In this document: one piece after another, positions 7,766-17,717 of the stretch
How the letters are laid out: every line of letters begins with the position of its first letter
Numbering within the stretch: the stretch's first letter is position 1
NCBI GenBank assembly: GCA_963778115.1
Contig: CAVZSV010000004.1
Coordinates: 1,344,001 to 1,408,000 of the forward strand
DNA length: 64,000 nucleotides
From: an uncultured delta proteobacterium
Lineage (GTDB): Bacteria; Bdellovibrionota; FAC87; UBA2466
Direction: 5' to 3'
Made by a program: the position numbers and the translations under genes
The notes under the pieces: model-generated
Seen by the model: the letters and a program-made list of their open reading frames with translations, nothing else
Told to the model about the DNA's origin: nothing
Databases searched by the model: none

Positions 7766-9685
7766 ATGAAAAAAACACCTCCCCCTCGCGAAGTCGACAT
7801 TCGCCACTTAGTACCGTGCGCCATCGGACTCTTTCTGGTCGTATCCTTCGTCTATGCCCTTACCCTGTTTCCTACGGTACCTCCGGGAGATAGTGGCGAA
7901 CTTATCGTTCAAAGTTATCTTTTGGGAGTCATTCATCCACCGGGATATCCGCTTTACACGATGCTAGCCAAACTCTTCTCTCTGCTTCCCTGGGGCTCTA
8001 TCGCTTGGCGAGTTAACTTTCTTTCGGCGGTTTGCAATGCGGGAGCCGCTGTTTTTATTTTCTTATCGCTTACCAAACTCACCCGAACCCTTTGGGCGGG
8101 ACTCCTCGTGGCTGGCCTTTTCGCGTTTTCTTCCATCGTATGGAGGTATTCCGTAGTCGCCGAAGTGTTCGGACTAAATAATCTGATAGTCGCAAGCTTG
8201 GTCTTTCTCTCAGTACTTTATGCCAGAGAAAAAAACCTCCGAGTCGCAAGCATCACGGCTTTCGTGATGGGATTGGGACTATCCAACCATCACACCATCG
8301 TGTTTTATGAATTCCCCTTAGGAGTCTGGCTTCTTCTTTACGGCGGGAAACCGCTTCGTCGACGATTTCATGTTTTAGTCCTTTGTGGGCTTTTGGGACT
8401 CACTCCCTATGCCTACCTCTGGTTCGCGGGGCTTCGTCACGTTCCAGGCGCGTGGGGTGATACGGCAACGCTGTCTGGGTTTCTTACCCATGTTCTTCGA
8501 CGAGAATATGGAACTTTTCAATTGGCCGCAGGCTCCGGTCATGCCACCGAACTGATGGACTATCTGGCGGCCTATTTCAAGGCGGCATTCATGGATTCTT
8601 TGTGGGTCGGGCCGCTACTCGCTTCGTTTGGGTCGTATTGGTTTTTCCAAAAACAAAAACCGGTCCAATCTCTTGTCGCGACATGGACCATCGCTTTTTT
8701 CCTCTACGTATTGGCCTTCCACTCGATGGCAAACATCACTCCCAGTCCCGGAGTTCCTCTGGCTATTTTGAGCCGCTTCTGGCAACAGGCTAATCTGCTT
8801 TTGTTTATCGGATTTGGGATGGGACTTTTTGCTCTTCATACCCCACTCAAACAGAAATCGACAATGCTCGGAGCCGGTTTCGTCGCTCTGTTTAGCGTCG
8901 CTCTCGTGGTCCAAGTGGCGCTAAACTACGGATCCTCCGATGAACATAAGAACTATACTTTTGCAAAATTGGGCCATGCCCTGTTAACGCCTCTTCCTCA
9001 AAGTAGTTTTCTGATTCTCGTGGGTAATGAAATGTTGGGATCCGCTTGGTACCTGCAGAAATGTGAAGAGGTTCGTCCCGACGTTCAAATCGCCGATCTG
9101 TTCTTACTGGAAACGGATTGGTTGAAAAAGACAATAGTCGCCAACGAAACATCGGATGTTAGCGTCATCAAATTCCCGGCGGATCATTATCTTCCTGGAG
9201 ATCCTAATGGTTACAATCTTCGCCAATTATTCGACGCAAATCTAGGACACCATCCGATCTTCATTAGCTATTTCACACCAGACTCTGTTGAAGCATCCGA
9301 CAATAGCGCCGAACAAGACTTTACGATGTGGCCTTTCGGTCTGGTGAATGAAGTCTTCTCAGCTAAGCAGCCGTTTGATCCCAATACTTACTTAGAAAAA
9401 TCCGCTCGATTTTATTCTGCCCTTCCTATCGCGGATGTCGCCCCCTTCCAGGATCGGCCCTGGGAGAACCATCTCTTACGCCTTCTTCGTGAGACTCGGT
9501 TCCAAAGAAGCTATGCTCTGATTCAACGAGGCAGTGTCGCTTCCCCCATTTCAACTGACCTGCTACGCATCGGAGTGAGCGATCTGGAGAAGCTGATAGC
9601 GTCTGATCCGTCACCCGATGCTCATTGGTACGAAACGCTGAAAATAGCGCGCCAAAGGCTTTCGCAAATTCAACCGACTCTTTGA
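7766..9685 (+). CDS. DUF2723 / TMEM260-like membrane glycosyltransferase (GT-C)
   Basis: GDSGEL...LGVIHPPGYPLYTML..., AEVFGLNN, GLSNHHT motifs; many TM helices. Confidence 0.85.
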   Translation: MKKTPPPREVDIRHLVPCAIGLFLVVSFVYALTLFPTVPPGDSGELIVQSYLLGVIHPPGYPLYTMLAKLFSLLPWGSIAWRVNFLSAVCNAGAAVFIFLSLTKLTRTLWAGLLVAGLFAFSSIVWRYSVVAEVFGLNNLIVASLVFLSVLYAREKNLRVASITAFVMGLGLSNHHTIVFYEFPLGVWLLLYGGKPLRRRFHVLVLCGLLGLTPYAYLWFAGLRHVPGAWGDTATLSGFLTHVLRREYGTFQLAAGSGHATELMDYLAAYFKAAFMDSLWVGPLLASFGSYWFFQKQKPVQSLVATWTIAFFLYVLAFHSMANITPSPGVPLAILSRFWQQANLLLFIGFGMGLFALHTPLKQKSTMLGAGFVALFSVALVVQVALNYGSSDEHKNYTFAKLGHALLTPLPQSSFLILVGNEMLGSAWYLQKCEEVRPDVQIADLFLLETDWLKKTIVANETSDVSVIKFPADHYLPGDPNGYNLRQLFDANLGHHPIFISYFTPDSVEASDNSAEQDFTMWPFGLVNEVFSAKQPFDPNTYLEKSARFYSALPIADVAPFQDRPWENHLLRLLRETRFQRSYALIQRGSVASPISTDLLRIGVSDLEKLIASDPSPDAHWYETLKIARQRLSQIQPTL

Positions 9686-9734
9686 AATAGCCCTCCGCTT
9701 GACCTACCCGCCGGATTCTGAGATGGCCAGAGCC

Positions 9735-10292
9735 ATGAAATCTATTATGTTGTGTCTAGTGCTCGGATCCCTTTCCCTTCCCCTATTCGCCTCCCCGGCC
9801 CAAGTCGTTCTTATCCGTCACGGCGAGAAACCAGACCAGGGCAACGATCTAAGCGAAGTGGGATACCAGCGGGCTAAGCTACTTCCCAACTTTTTCAATA
9901 CCAACGCGATAGTCAAAGAGTTCGGACCACCTATTGCGATCTACGCCATGGCCCCTAGCGAGGAGGACGGTTCGCTGCGTCCCATTGAAACGGTCACTCC
10001 TCTTGCTGAGAGTCTCGATCCCAAACTCGACATTCAAAAGGAATATAAGAAGAAAGACATCGAACCTCTAGTGAGCGATATCCTGTCCAACAAGAGCTAC
10101 GAGGGACACATGGTCGTTATTTGTTGGGAGCACCATATGATTCCAAAGATAGTAAAGCAGTTTGGTTGGAAGAACGCCCCTCAGTGGGATGACAATGTCT
10201 TCGACAGGGCGTGGGTACTGGGATTTACCGATGACCAGGTAAGCTCATTTCAAAATATTCCGCAAAATTTACTACCGGGAGATAGTCAGTAG
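9735..10292 (+). CDS. Secreted histidine phosphatase superfamily protein
   Basis: IRHGEKP motif, R..ETV.PLA, CWEH; signal peptide from ATG 9735. Confidence 0.8.
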   Translation: MKSIMLCLVLGSLSLPLFASPAQVVLIRHGEKPDQGNDLSEVGYQRAKLLPNFFNTNAIVKEFGPPIAIYAMAPSEEDGSLRPIETVTPLAESLDPKLDIQKEYKKKDIEPLVSDILSNKSYEGHMVVICWEHHMIPKIVKQFGWKNAPQWDDNVFDRAWVLGFTDDQVSSFQNIPQNLLPGDSQ

Positions 10293-11077
10293 GATAGGGC
10301 TCCAAAGGATTGGGGTTTAACCCAGTCGCGGTATTCGGTTTCCGCTAGGGGTACCATGGAATATTCTCCCACTCCCGACAGATATTGTTGAGCCTCATCG
10401 GCGGTTCCCGACGCTTTAATCTCCCCCGTCTGCGGATCGTAGCTAATGTAACTTCCATCAGCATGGCTCTCCACGATGTACTCCAGCCCTTTTCCAGGTT
10501 CGATATAGAGGTACCGGGAAGGTTCGTCATCGGAGACGGCGGTTTCATTCTCATCTAAAGAATCGCTTTCCGAGTGATCGGAATAGGAGTCCGCATTTTC
10601 TTCGAACGAGTCCGCAGGCTTTAATGGATCATCGGATTCCAAATTCCCCGATTCTTTCAGCCTATCCTTTCCATAAATCCATGACTCAAAATCCGAGCTG
10701 GCCGAGGTGAAATCTTGGTCTTGGTAGCTGCTTGCGGGATCGCTGTCACTGGGAGCGGGATTTTGGGTATTGTCAGGCGATTGGCCCCGACTCTCCATAA
10801 ACTGATCGAATTGAGATCGGTACTTTTGAGGAACATTGATTTGACCCTGCACGCCCGCGGCTGCCGCTTGGGCTGCTGCCGCGGCATCGCTGGCACTGCT
10901 TGCCCCGGAAAAAGCAGGAGTCATCGCTGTGTTGGAAAAGCTAGGGGCTGGGGGAGTCAAAGAAAATTGCGGAGCAAAAGCGTAAGGCAAATTTTCGCCC
11001 GAGGCCTGGGGAATGCAGGTTCCCCAAATCGCGACTAGGGATATGACCATCAACACTTTGCTTAAAAGACTACCCAC
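10286..11077 (-). CDS. Secreted acidic low-complexity hypothetical protein
   Basis: 263-aa ORF, signal peptide, Ser/Asp-rich. Confidence 0.7.
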   Translation of the reverse strand: MGSLLSKVLMVISLVAIWGTCIPQASGENLPYAFAPQFSLTPPAPSFSNTAMTPAFSGASSASDAAAAAQAAAAGVQGQINVPQKYRSQFDQFMESRGQSPDNTQNPAPSDSDPASSYQDQDFTSASSDFESWIYGKDRLKESGNLESDDPLKPADSFEENADSYSDHSESDSLDENETAVSDDEPSRYLYIEPGKGLEYIVESHADGSYISYDPQTGEIKASGTADEAQQYLSGVGEYSMVPLAETEYRDWVKPQSFGALSY

Positions 11078-11150
11078 TCCTAAATGATACCACGCGTCAT
11101 AATGAAAAAAAGGCTACTTCAAGCAGAGTTGCTTCACAATTGCTTCACAA

Positions 11151-13097
11151 TCAATCGTCTTTTTCGACGATTTCGTTTCCGGTGAGCGCAAATAACGTTT
11201 CGGAAAGGGTTTTTGTGGCCAGTACCGCGTAGAACAGTCCCCCCGCGGCGATTACAACAAAAACCAATAGAAGCAACTGAAACACCTTATAGGTGTGCCC
11301 TTGCAAAGTTTCGGGCCCCACCACGACCATAAGCGCCGTTCCAATCAAAGGAATCAGCCCGGCCAGCAAATGAAGGGGCCGCACTCGACGTCCGACATGA
11401 GCCAGTTCTTGCTTGGCTTCTTTACGAATGTCGATGCAGCCCACCCACAATTTCGGATAGAGCGTTCGAAGGCCGAAGTAGTGCGTATTGGTAAAAGAGT
11501 ACGTGGTAGCAATCAACCAGGAGAGGAAAAAGGAGAGTTGAAAGTGCCAAAAGATAGGGGCGTTCACCGGAGGATGAAATAGACCGATCGATATCGGAAA
11601 CATTAGCGACGCGAACCCCCAAGCGAGAGAGGTAATCGCAGCCACCCAAAACGGAAACCGAAGAATCAACGCTCGCAACTCACGAAGCCGAAGCGTACCT
11701 TCCGCATAGGCGGTTTCGGGGCTGTGCATGAAACGCAAGATTGGACGTTTTATCATCACCAAAACGGCGATACATGCTAGATAAATAAGCGGATTCCAAA
11801 CTTTGATAAGCTGAATAAAGAAATGTTGCTGCTCTTCATTGAGGTGGCTGACGATTCGAGATTCGTTGTAGAAAATGTTGATGACACTTCCTAGGACCTG
11901 CGGAATCAAGACCCCCAAAATATATACGGCGTTGGGATAGCGTTCGGCAAAGGGATCGTAGAAACGGCCGCGAGGAAGCTGATTTAAGATGCCGCGATAT
12001 TCGGAACACGCAAGCAACCTCTTTTCGAGCTCTTTCGCATTTTGAATCCGAAATTGAGGATCTTCTTTGGTGCATTCGTTCAAAAAAAGCTCGAGCGATT
12101 CCACAGCAAGGCGAGGTTCATTTTCAACGGAAGCGACCTTCATCACCTCTCTGAGGACTACCCCCAAAGAATAGATATCCGCGCGGTGATCAAGGGACTG
12201 AATGGATTCCGCGGAATTAAGAAAAGCACGCTTATGCTCCGTGGACATATAGTTTAGCGTTCCGCCCAAGACGACAGGGGCGGTCTGAGTATCAATCTGA
12301 CGATTTACGGAAACGTTAAAATCAGAAAGCAGCGCCCGACCGTAGCCGCTAATAAGAATGTTACTCGGTTTCACATCCAGATGGAGCACCCCACGACTGT
12401 GGGCAAAACTGAGTGCCCTAGACAACTGGTTTCCGAGCCACAACACGGTTTCGAAGGAGTTCAGTCCTTGAAGAAGCTCCCGTTCCTTGAGAATGGTTCG
12501 ATCGAACAAAAGCTGTTTAGACGGCAGTGAAGCCTCTATCATCGCTAAAATTGCGTTTCCCGAGAGCGCCTCTTTTCGCTTTTCCAATTCCTTCAAAATA
12601 TATTCGAGAGTAAGTCCGGGAATAAACTGCATGCACAAGTAACGGACGTTACGATTTTCATCGATACTTTCTGAAAACACCTGCACGATGTTGGCATGCT
12701 CTAGACTCGCCATCGTCCTAGCCTCATGCCCCATGTTACGCGAAACTTTCAACGCAACGTCGCGGCCCAACGAAATCTGGCGCGCGCGGTAGACTGAAGC
12801 GAAAGCACCTTCTCCCAAACGCTCGTGGATCTCGAAGTCGTCTATCCGATCTCCTTCCGTTAGACTGGCAACGGTGCCGGCAATTTCGCCTGAGGAGAGA
12901 AGAGACATCGCGGGTTTTTCCAGAAAATCGGAGTGCGGAGAGACATGCTTTAGCAGGGACGCGATCTCATTCTTCCATAGGGGATTTTGTAACTCGACTT
13001 CGTCCAAGAACTTATGGCGCTCCTCGGGAGCAAGGGCGATGGCCTCTCCCACCAACTCCGAGATCCTTTCCCAATCTTGCGGAGAGATTGTGGTCAT
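11151..13097 (-). CDS. Membrane Ser/Thr protein kinase (ECF-associated)
   Basis: LGEGAFASV, VALK, HLDVKPSN, DFN, GGTLNYM, ADIYSLG; N-terminal W..I..L...A..L...ER..FL helix typical of ECF-linked kinases; about 6 C-terminal TM segments. Confidence 0.9.
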   Translation of the reverse strand: MTTISPQDWERISELVGEAIALAPEERHKFLDEVELQNPLWKNEIASLLKHVSPHSDFLEKPAMSLLSSGEIAGTVASLTEGDRIDDFEIHERLGEGAFASVYRARQISLGRDVALKVSRNMGHEARTMASLEHANIVQVFSESIDENRNVRYLCMQFIPGLTLEYILKELEKRKEALSGNAILAMIEASLPSKQLLFDRTILKERELLQGLNSFETVLWLGNQLSRALSFAHSRGVLHLDVKPSNILISGYGRALLSDFNVSVNRQIDTQTAPVVLGGTLNYMSTEHKRAFLNSAESIQSLDHRADIYSLGVVLREVMKVASVENEPRLAVESLELFLNECTKEDPQFRIQNAKELEKRLLACSEYRGILNQLPRGRFYDPFAERYPNAVYILGVLIPQVLGSVINIFYNESRIVSHLNEEQQHFFIQLIKVWNPLIYLACIAVLVMIKRPILRFMHSPETAYAEGTLRLRELRALILRFPFWVAAITSLAWGFASLMFPISIGLFHPPVNAPIFWHFQLSFFLSWLIATTYSFTNTHYFGLRTLYPKLWVGCIDIRKEAKQELAHVGRRVRPLHLLAGLIPLIGTALMVVVGPETLQGHTYKVFQLLLLVFVVIAAGGLFYAVLATKTLSETLFALTGNEIVEKDD

Positions 13098-13100
13098 GAC

Positions 13101-13676
13101 TTAGGGCTCTTTCGTTTCACTAAGTTCACGGTACAGCCAAGCCTTGGCAATCGTCCAATCGCGTTTAACGGTCGCGGGAGAAGAATCGAGGGCTACGGCG
13201 ATTTCATCGATATTTAATCCCCCAAAATATCTAAGCTCCACCACTTTAGCCTGGCGGGCATTTAGCTTTTCTAGTTTTTCGAGTGCGGAATCGATGGCCA
13301 AGAGATCGGGCTCTTGATTTGAGCTGGAGCCAGCATGAAACTTTTCGTCAAAGCTAACGATGGTGTGATCCCCACCACGTTTCTCGGCATGGCGAGCCCG
13401 CGCATGGTCTATCAAGATCCGACGCATTAGTTGGGCGGCAATGCCAAAAAAGTGGGCGCGGTTCTGCCATTGCACCTCTTTTTGATCGATGAGGCGGAAG
13501 TAGGCCTCGTGGACGAGTGCGGTGGGCTGCAGGGTGTGGCCCGCACTCTCTTTGCGCATATAGCTTTGGGCAAGGCGACGTAACTCCGAGTAGATGCTAG
13601 GCAAAAGCGTTTCCAAAGCGTCCTGCTCGCCCTGACTGTATCGCTTTAATATCTGAGTGATATTACCGTCGTTCAT
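13101..13676 (-). CDS. ECF sigma factor, TIGR02999 (kinase-activated, EcfK/EcfP-like)
   Basis: ITQIL...G...A...L...IYSELRRLA, HTLQPTALVHEAY, WQNRAHFF, VELRYFGGL, TVKRDW..AKAWL. Confidence 0.92.
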   Translation of the reverse strand: MNDGNITQILKRYSQGEQDALETLLPSIYSELRRLAQSYMRKESAGHTLQPTALVHEAYFRLIDQKEVQWQNRAHFFGIAAQLMRRILIDHARARHAEKRGGDHTIVSFDEKFHAGSSSNQEPDLLAIDSALEKLEKLNARQAKVVELRYFGGLNIDEIAVALDSSPATVKRDWTIAKAWLYRELSETKEP

Positions 13677-13717
13677 CGCAAAGTTCTTCTAGCTGAAATG
13701 GCAACTTGAGTACAGGG

Positions 13718-14302
13718 CTATCGAAAAGCCTCTAGCTGTGGGTTAGCCCGGTGGATTTCGTAAACTTCTCCAAGGCCTTCGCAGCCTTTAGCCGCACGAT
13801 TTTCCAAAGGACTTTGGGGAACTTGCTCCCTAAGGGAGTGAACTAGGGCTCCCATAATTCGGGGATCCCTACGACCGGTGGCTGTTCCAAATTCGTCACT
13901 CTTGATCTCTTCCTCCAAGGTGCGTTTCAACAGAGCAATCGTATTGGCTCGCTCCTGCCCATGCTGATAGGGCAAGAGCTCTCCATAGACAAAGATCGCT
14001 GCGGAACTGAGATTCAGATTCTGGGAACTTATCAACGACTCTAATCTTTCTTGAGCGTGATCTAACCGAACTGAAGGATTTGCGGTGCGCATCCAATGCG
14101 CTAAATTTTCGACGGCCGCCATTCTCTCTTGGGAGGATTCCGAGCTCATGGCTTCAAAGTATCCGTCTTCGATCAGGTGTCTCCTTACGCCCTTGGCGAT
14201 CGTCTCTGTGGTCTGTTTAGCCGGTGGCTTTCCTTGGGACAAAGTCGCAATACTTCCCAGTAGGCAAAGGATCCAAATGATGATGAGTCGCCTGAGCGCC
14301 AC
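13718..14302 (-). CDS. Exported hypothetical protein
   Basis: 194-aa ORF, GTG start with GGAGGG upstream, N-terminal hydrophobic segment. Confidence 0.65.
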   Translation of the reverse strand: MALRRLIIIWILCLLGSIATLSQGKPPAKQTTETIAKGVRRHLIEDGYFEAMSSESSQERMAAVENLAHWMRTANPSVRLDHAQERLESLISSQNLNLSSAAIFVYGELLPYQHGQERANTIALLKRTLEEEIKSDEFGTATGRRDPRIMGALVHSLREQVPQSPLENRAAKGCEGLGEVYEIHRANPQLEAFR

Positions 14303-14432
14303 GAACTTCCCTCCAGGCTTGGCCTAGTACAATAATCCTGCCAAACCCTAAGTATTCTGCCCGACTACTCTATTTTCAGGAGGGTCTTCCCATCGGTGAT
14401 TACGAAGTGGCCAGCGTGCCATTTTTTGTCCC

Positions 14433-14490
14433 ACACGAAGGTAGGCCGTACCTTTTTGTAGCTACAAAAAGGTACGGCCTACCTTCGTGT
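14433..14490. repeat. Perfect 58-bp palindrome made of two inverted REP-like units
   Basis: ACACGAAGGTAGGCCGTACCTTTTTGTAG|CTACAAAAAGGTACGGCCTACCTTCGTGT; same unit at 56476-56531. Confidence 0.9.
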
Positions 14491-14541
14491 AGAGCGCATA
14501 GACAAAATAGTTGTTTCTAGCAGCGGTTCATCTTAGATTGA

Positions 14542-15918
14542 ATGCGGTTGGTCATGAAACGGGGTTGGATTTTATTTTCATTCTTTTTTGCCGCTCATCT
14601 CGTCGCCAGAGCTGCGTCCGGAGATAGTTGTGGTCTGCTCGTCACCACGTCCTTCGGACTCAGGGGTTCGCTCACTTCGATGCTAGGGCAATCTAGCCCT
14701 CTGGTAATCTTCCAAGATGGTTACCACGACGATGACGGAAAACGATTACCTCACTTTACAACGTGGCAACAAGAAGTGCGGCTAGGGACTTTGGGCGAGT
14801 TACAACAACTATCCTCGCAAGGAGAGGTGGGTTCAGGGCAGAGTTTTTATGCCGCTCTCGATAGCAAAGAAAACCTAGCGCTCATCACTCCTCAACGGCG
14901 TGTCGTTCAAATCCGAATGCCCGCAGACACCGCCGTCACGGCAGCCGTTCTTTATCGAACTCCGCTACGAGTCTTACAAAGAAGATTTCTTCCGTTAACC
15001 GAGCTGCAACAACGAGCCAATCAGGAATTATCCCTAGCCGCTTGGGAGCAGACCAAGTACTTGTCTGATTTGGCCCCCTATTATCTTTACGTACTGTCTC
15101 AAAATGCTCTGTACCGCATCTTACTAAAGCCTGTCGTCGTAAAACCCTACGAAAAGAATCTTTCGCAAGCCCTCCTCTCTGGCGTCGCGTGTATCCAAGA
15201 GGAGGAGTTCACGCTTCCCGGACGCGTTCCCAAACGACTCGTTACCGCTTCACCTTTGCCCTTGCTCGACCTGCAATACCTAGAGCAAACGAGTGCAAGA
15301 AAAAGCGTCTTTGTCATTCCCACGGCAAGACCCCATATTGCCCTTGAAGTACACCCCGCCGAGAAAGTAATTGAGCTTGGAACCTCCGAACTTTCCGGGG
15401 CCACGGAATTTCTAAAAGTGGTGTCCTCAAGGCGAGTGCTTGTGGGCTCCTCATTGGGCGATCTTTTCGTCATCGATCCGATGGAAAGAAAGATCGTCTA
15501 TCGCCCTAGTTTCGAATCTCCTGTGTGGCTACGATCGGTGAGCATGCACTCCATCGACAATACCCTGGAGATCTGGGCGGTCGATGCGCGCTCGAGACAC
15601 CTTTATCGATGGAACAGTGGGGAGAGTCCTAATGGAATGGGTAAGTTTATCGAGTGGCCCGACCAACTCCCCGAGGGAGTTGAGCCTTTGACCCTAACTA
15701 GTGTGGGGCAGTTAGTACCAGCGGGCTATTGCATGCCCAAGGAGCAAGGGCAGGAGGGTTTTTTCTCCAACTTCATTCCGTTGAAAGACGAAGTTGCCGT
15801 CGAAAGAGTGCTAGCTTTGGGTGCCGACGGCCGAATCTATGCCCACGTCTTTTCCGATGGCCATTGGAAATCACCTCGAAAATGGGTGTCCTATCCTTTA
15901 GAAGCCGGAACTCCATGA
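14542..15918 (+). CDS. Secreted hypothetical protein (possible beta-propeller C-terminus)
   Basis: 458-aa ORF; signal peptide from Met5; beta-strand-rich segments. Confidence 0.7.
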   Translation: MRLVMKRGWILFSFFFAAHLVARAASGDSCGLLVTTSFGLRGSLTSMLGQSSPLVIFQDGYHDDDGKRLPHFTTWQQEVRLGTLGELQQLSSQGEVGSGQSFYAALDSKENLALITPQRRVVQIRMPADTAVTAAVLYRTPLRVLQRRFLPLTELQQRANQELSLAAWEQTKYLSDLAPYYLYVLSQNALYRILLKPVVVKPYEKNLSQALLSGVACIQEEEFTLPGRVPKRLVTASPLPLLDLQYLEQTSARKSVFVIPTARPHIALEVHPAEKVIELGTSELSGATEFLKVVSSRRVLVGSSLGDLFVIDPMERKIVYRPSFESPVWLRSVSMHSIDNTLEIWAVDARSRHLYRWNSGESPNGMGKFIEWPDQLPEGVEPLTLTSVGQLVPAGYCMPKEQGQEGFFSNFIPLKDEVAVERVLALGADGRIYAHVFSDGHWKSPRKWVSYPLEAGTP

Positions 15919-16640
15919 TAGAGAATCTCAGGGTCTAGGTCTTTAAAGGATCCCTTGTCTTCTCGTTTCGGGAGGGTTCGGCCATCTATCTCCAAAATCT
16001 CTTTGTTATCCTTTGAAAGGATAAAATGGATAGGGTCCACAATGGCCGCGATAAAAATACTGGTCGGCTTCATCTTAACCTGAATGACCTTCTTGCCGTT
16101 CCTCTCGAATTCACTCTCTTTCTCGAGCTTAAAGCCTACGGTCTCCTTGCGATCCAAAACCGCAAAACGAACGGGAACCGCATCTCCCTTTAATATCTCG
16201 TCCCAATGGCTTTGAATATAGCCGACAATGAGCGGCCCAATGATGAGATTATCGGGGGCCTTCTCCTCATTCGTGTCGGTGCTTCCTTTGCGAGTATAAG
16301 AAAAAAGAAGTTTGCCGTCTTTCACATCGAGTGAGCCCTCTTCACCGGTCTGTTTATGATGAACGAGGTAGCGGGTGAGTTTTCCGTCTGTCACCGTCAC
16401 CTCTTCGGAGACCAATTCCTTTCCATCTAGTCCCGTAAAGTAGCTGTGGATGGTTCGCAATTTGTCTTTGATCGTATCCTCGCAGCGAAAATGAAATAGC
16501 TCTTTCGAGTGGTTAGTTTTGGGTTCGTAGGCGGTCCCTTCCAGGTTTTCCGCTCTTCCCGAGCGGCTCCCCATCGAGCCCCCAATCAAAAGAACGCCAA
16601 TAAGCAGACGAGAAAGGACGCAAAGTTGGTTTTGTTTCAT
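15891..16640 (-). CDS. Secreted hypothetical protein
   Basis: 249-aa ORF with signal peptide. Confidence 0.75.
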   Translation of the reverse strand: MKQNQLCVLSRLLIGVLLIGGSMGSRSGRAENLEGTAYEPKTNHSKELFHFRCEDTIKDKLRTIHSYFTGLDGKELVSEEVTVTDGKLTRYLVHHKQTGEEGSLDVKDGKLLFSYTRKGSTDTNEEKAPDNLIIGPLIVGYIQSHWDEILKGDAVPVRFAVLDRKETVGFKLEKESEFERNGKKVIQVKMKPTSIFIAAIVDPIHFILSKDNKEILEIDGRTLPKREDKGSFKDLDPEILYHGVPASKG

Positions 16641-16727
16641 GGACTTAGTTTACCAGCTAACTCCTCAATATTTCCTCTTTCCTTTTTAACTCAATGCGTT
16701 ATTCTGCTCCCGTTCGAGGGGAAATAA

Positions 16728-17717
16728 TTGAAATTACGACTTTTCACCGTTTTACTGATGGCGAGCCTTGCCCTTTCAGCCAAGGAAGCTCGTGCGCGCG
16801 CCAGCAAATACAACCACGGCTTATTTCAGCATCAGAGCTGCCAGCGTCTGTTGAGGCGTTGGGCGAAACGCTACCGCGATTGGGCTTCCCTTAAGGAAAA
16901 GTATGCGGGCCTGGAACGGTTTCAGCTAGCACGATTGGCCGATCGTTATTCGAATCGCCGACTGGCAGATCACCAGGGAGACGAACTTAGAAAAGTAGAT
17001 ACCCTCATCGAGAAACTTCGCAGAGAGTATGGAGCGCGCTACCACGACGGACTGACTTCCCAACCGCTGCTTGACCCAAATACGAGAAGTGAAATCGCAA
17101 CCGCGACGGCTCAAGATTTTCTCGATGAGCGCCTTGCCTTCGAACGAGGACGGTACTCGCGCGGTAAGAAAAATATTTTAGTCGACTACTTTCCCACAGC
17201 CGCTCACGTTACCGAGAGCAACTTAGAAGATCTCTTGGCCATTCTGATGGTCGAGCAATTCCTCTACGAATATATGTACGAGTTTTACCACAGCCTCATT
17301 AAGCTGGGCCCTCCCTCGAAGAGAAGCGAGATGCATGCGGTGGAGATCTTACAAGCCCGAATTGCCGAGCGGGAAGCGAAAGAAGAAACCCGATGGCTCT
17401 GGGATGAAGGCCAAGAAGGGGTAGGAGGCATTCTGGCGGAAAGTCTTGCTCCCGAAGCGGTAACGGCGATGACTTCAGACGACGCACAAGCGCCAGTTAC
17501 TTCGCTTAGATTTTTTCTTCCTGCCACTCTAGAGACGACCTCCGTAAAAAGTCGAATTGAAGCCCTTCGCGGAAAGGACTTACCGCCGCCTGTATTTTTC
17601 TTCATTGAATCTTTTGGAGGGTTTCTTAGCCGTTACGAGCTGACCAATCTCGTTGCTTTTGACAACTTGCTACATATGGCGGAGAGATGGACTTCGCCGG
17701 GAGGACTACCAGAATGA
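16728..17717 (+). CDS. Secreted hypothetical protein
   Basis: 329-aa ORF, TTG start after GAGGGG, signal peptide. Confidence 0.7.
   Translation: MKLRLFTVLLMASLALSAKEARARASKYNHGLFQHQSCQRLLRRWAKRYRDWASLKEKYAGLERFQLARLADRYSNRRLADHQGDELRKVDTLIEKLRREYGARYHDGLTSQPLLDPNTRSEIATATAQDFLDERLAFERGRYSRGKKNILVDYFPTAAHVTESNLEDLLAILMVEQFLYEYMYEFYHSLIKLGPPSKRSEMHAVEILQARIAEREAKEETRWLWDEGQEGVGGILAESLAPEAVTAMTSDDAQAPVTSLRFFLPATLETTSVKSRIEALRGKDLPPPVFFFIESFGGFLSRYELTNLVAFDNLLHMAERWTSPGGLPE

Noticed and set aside
11129..11150. Tandem TTGCTTCACAA x2
   Set aside because: Only two copies next to a stop codon; could be a binding site but cannot be told from a chance duplication
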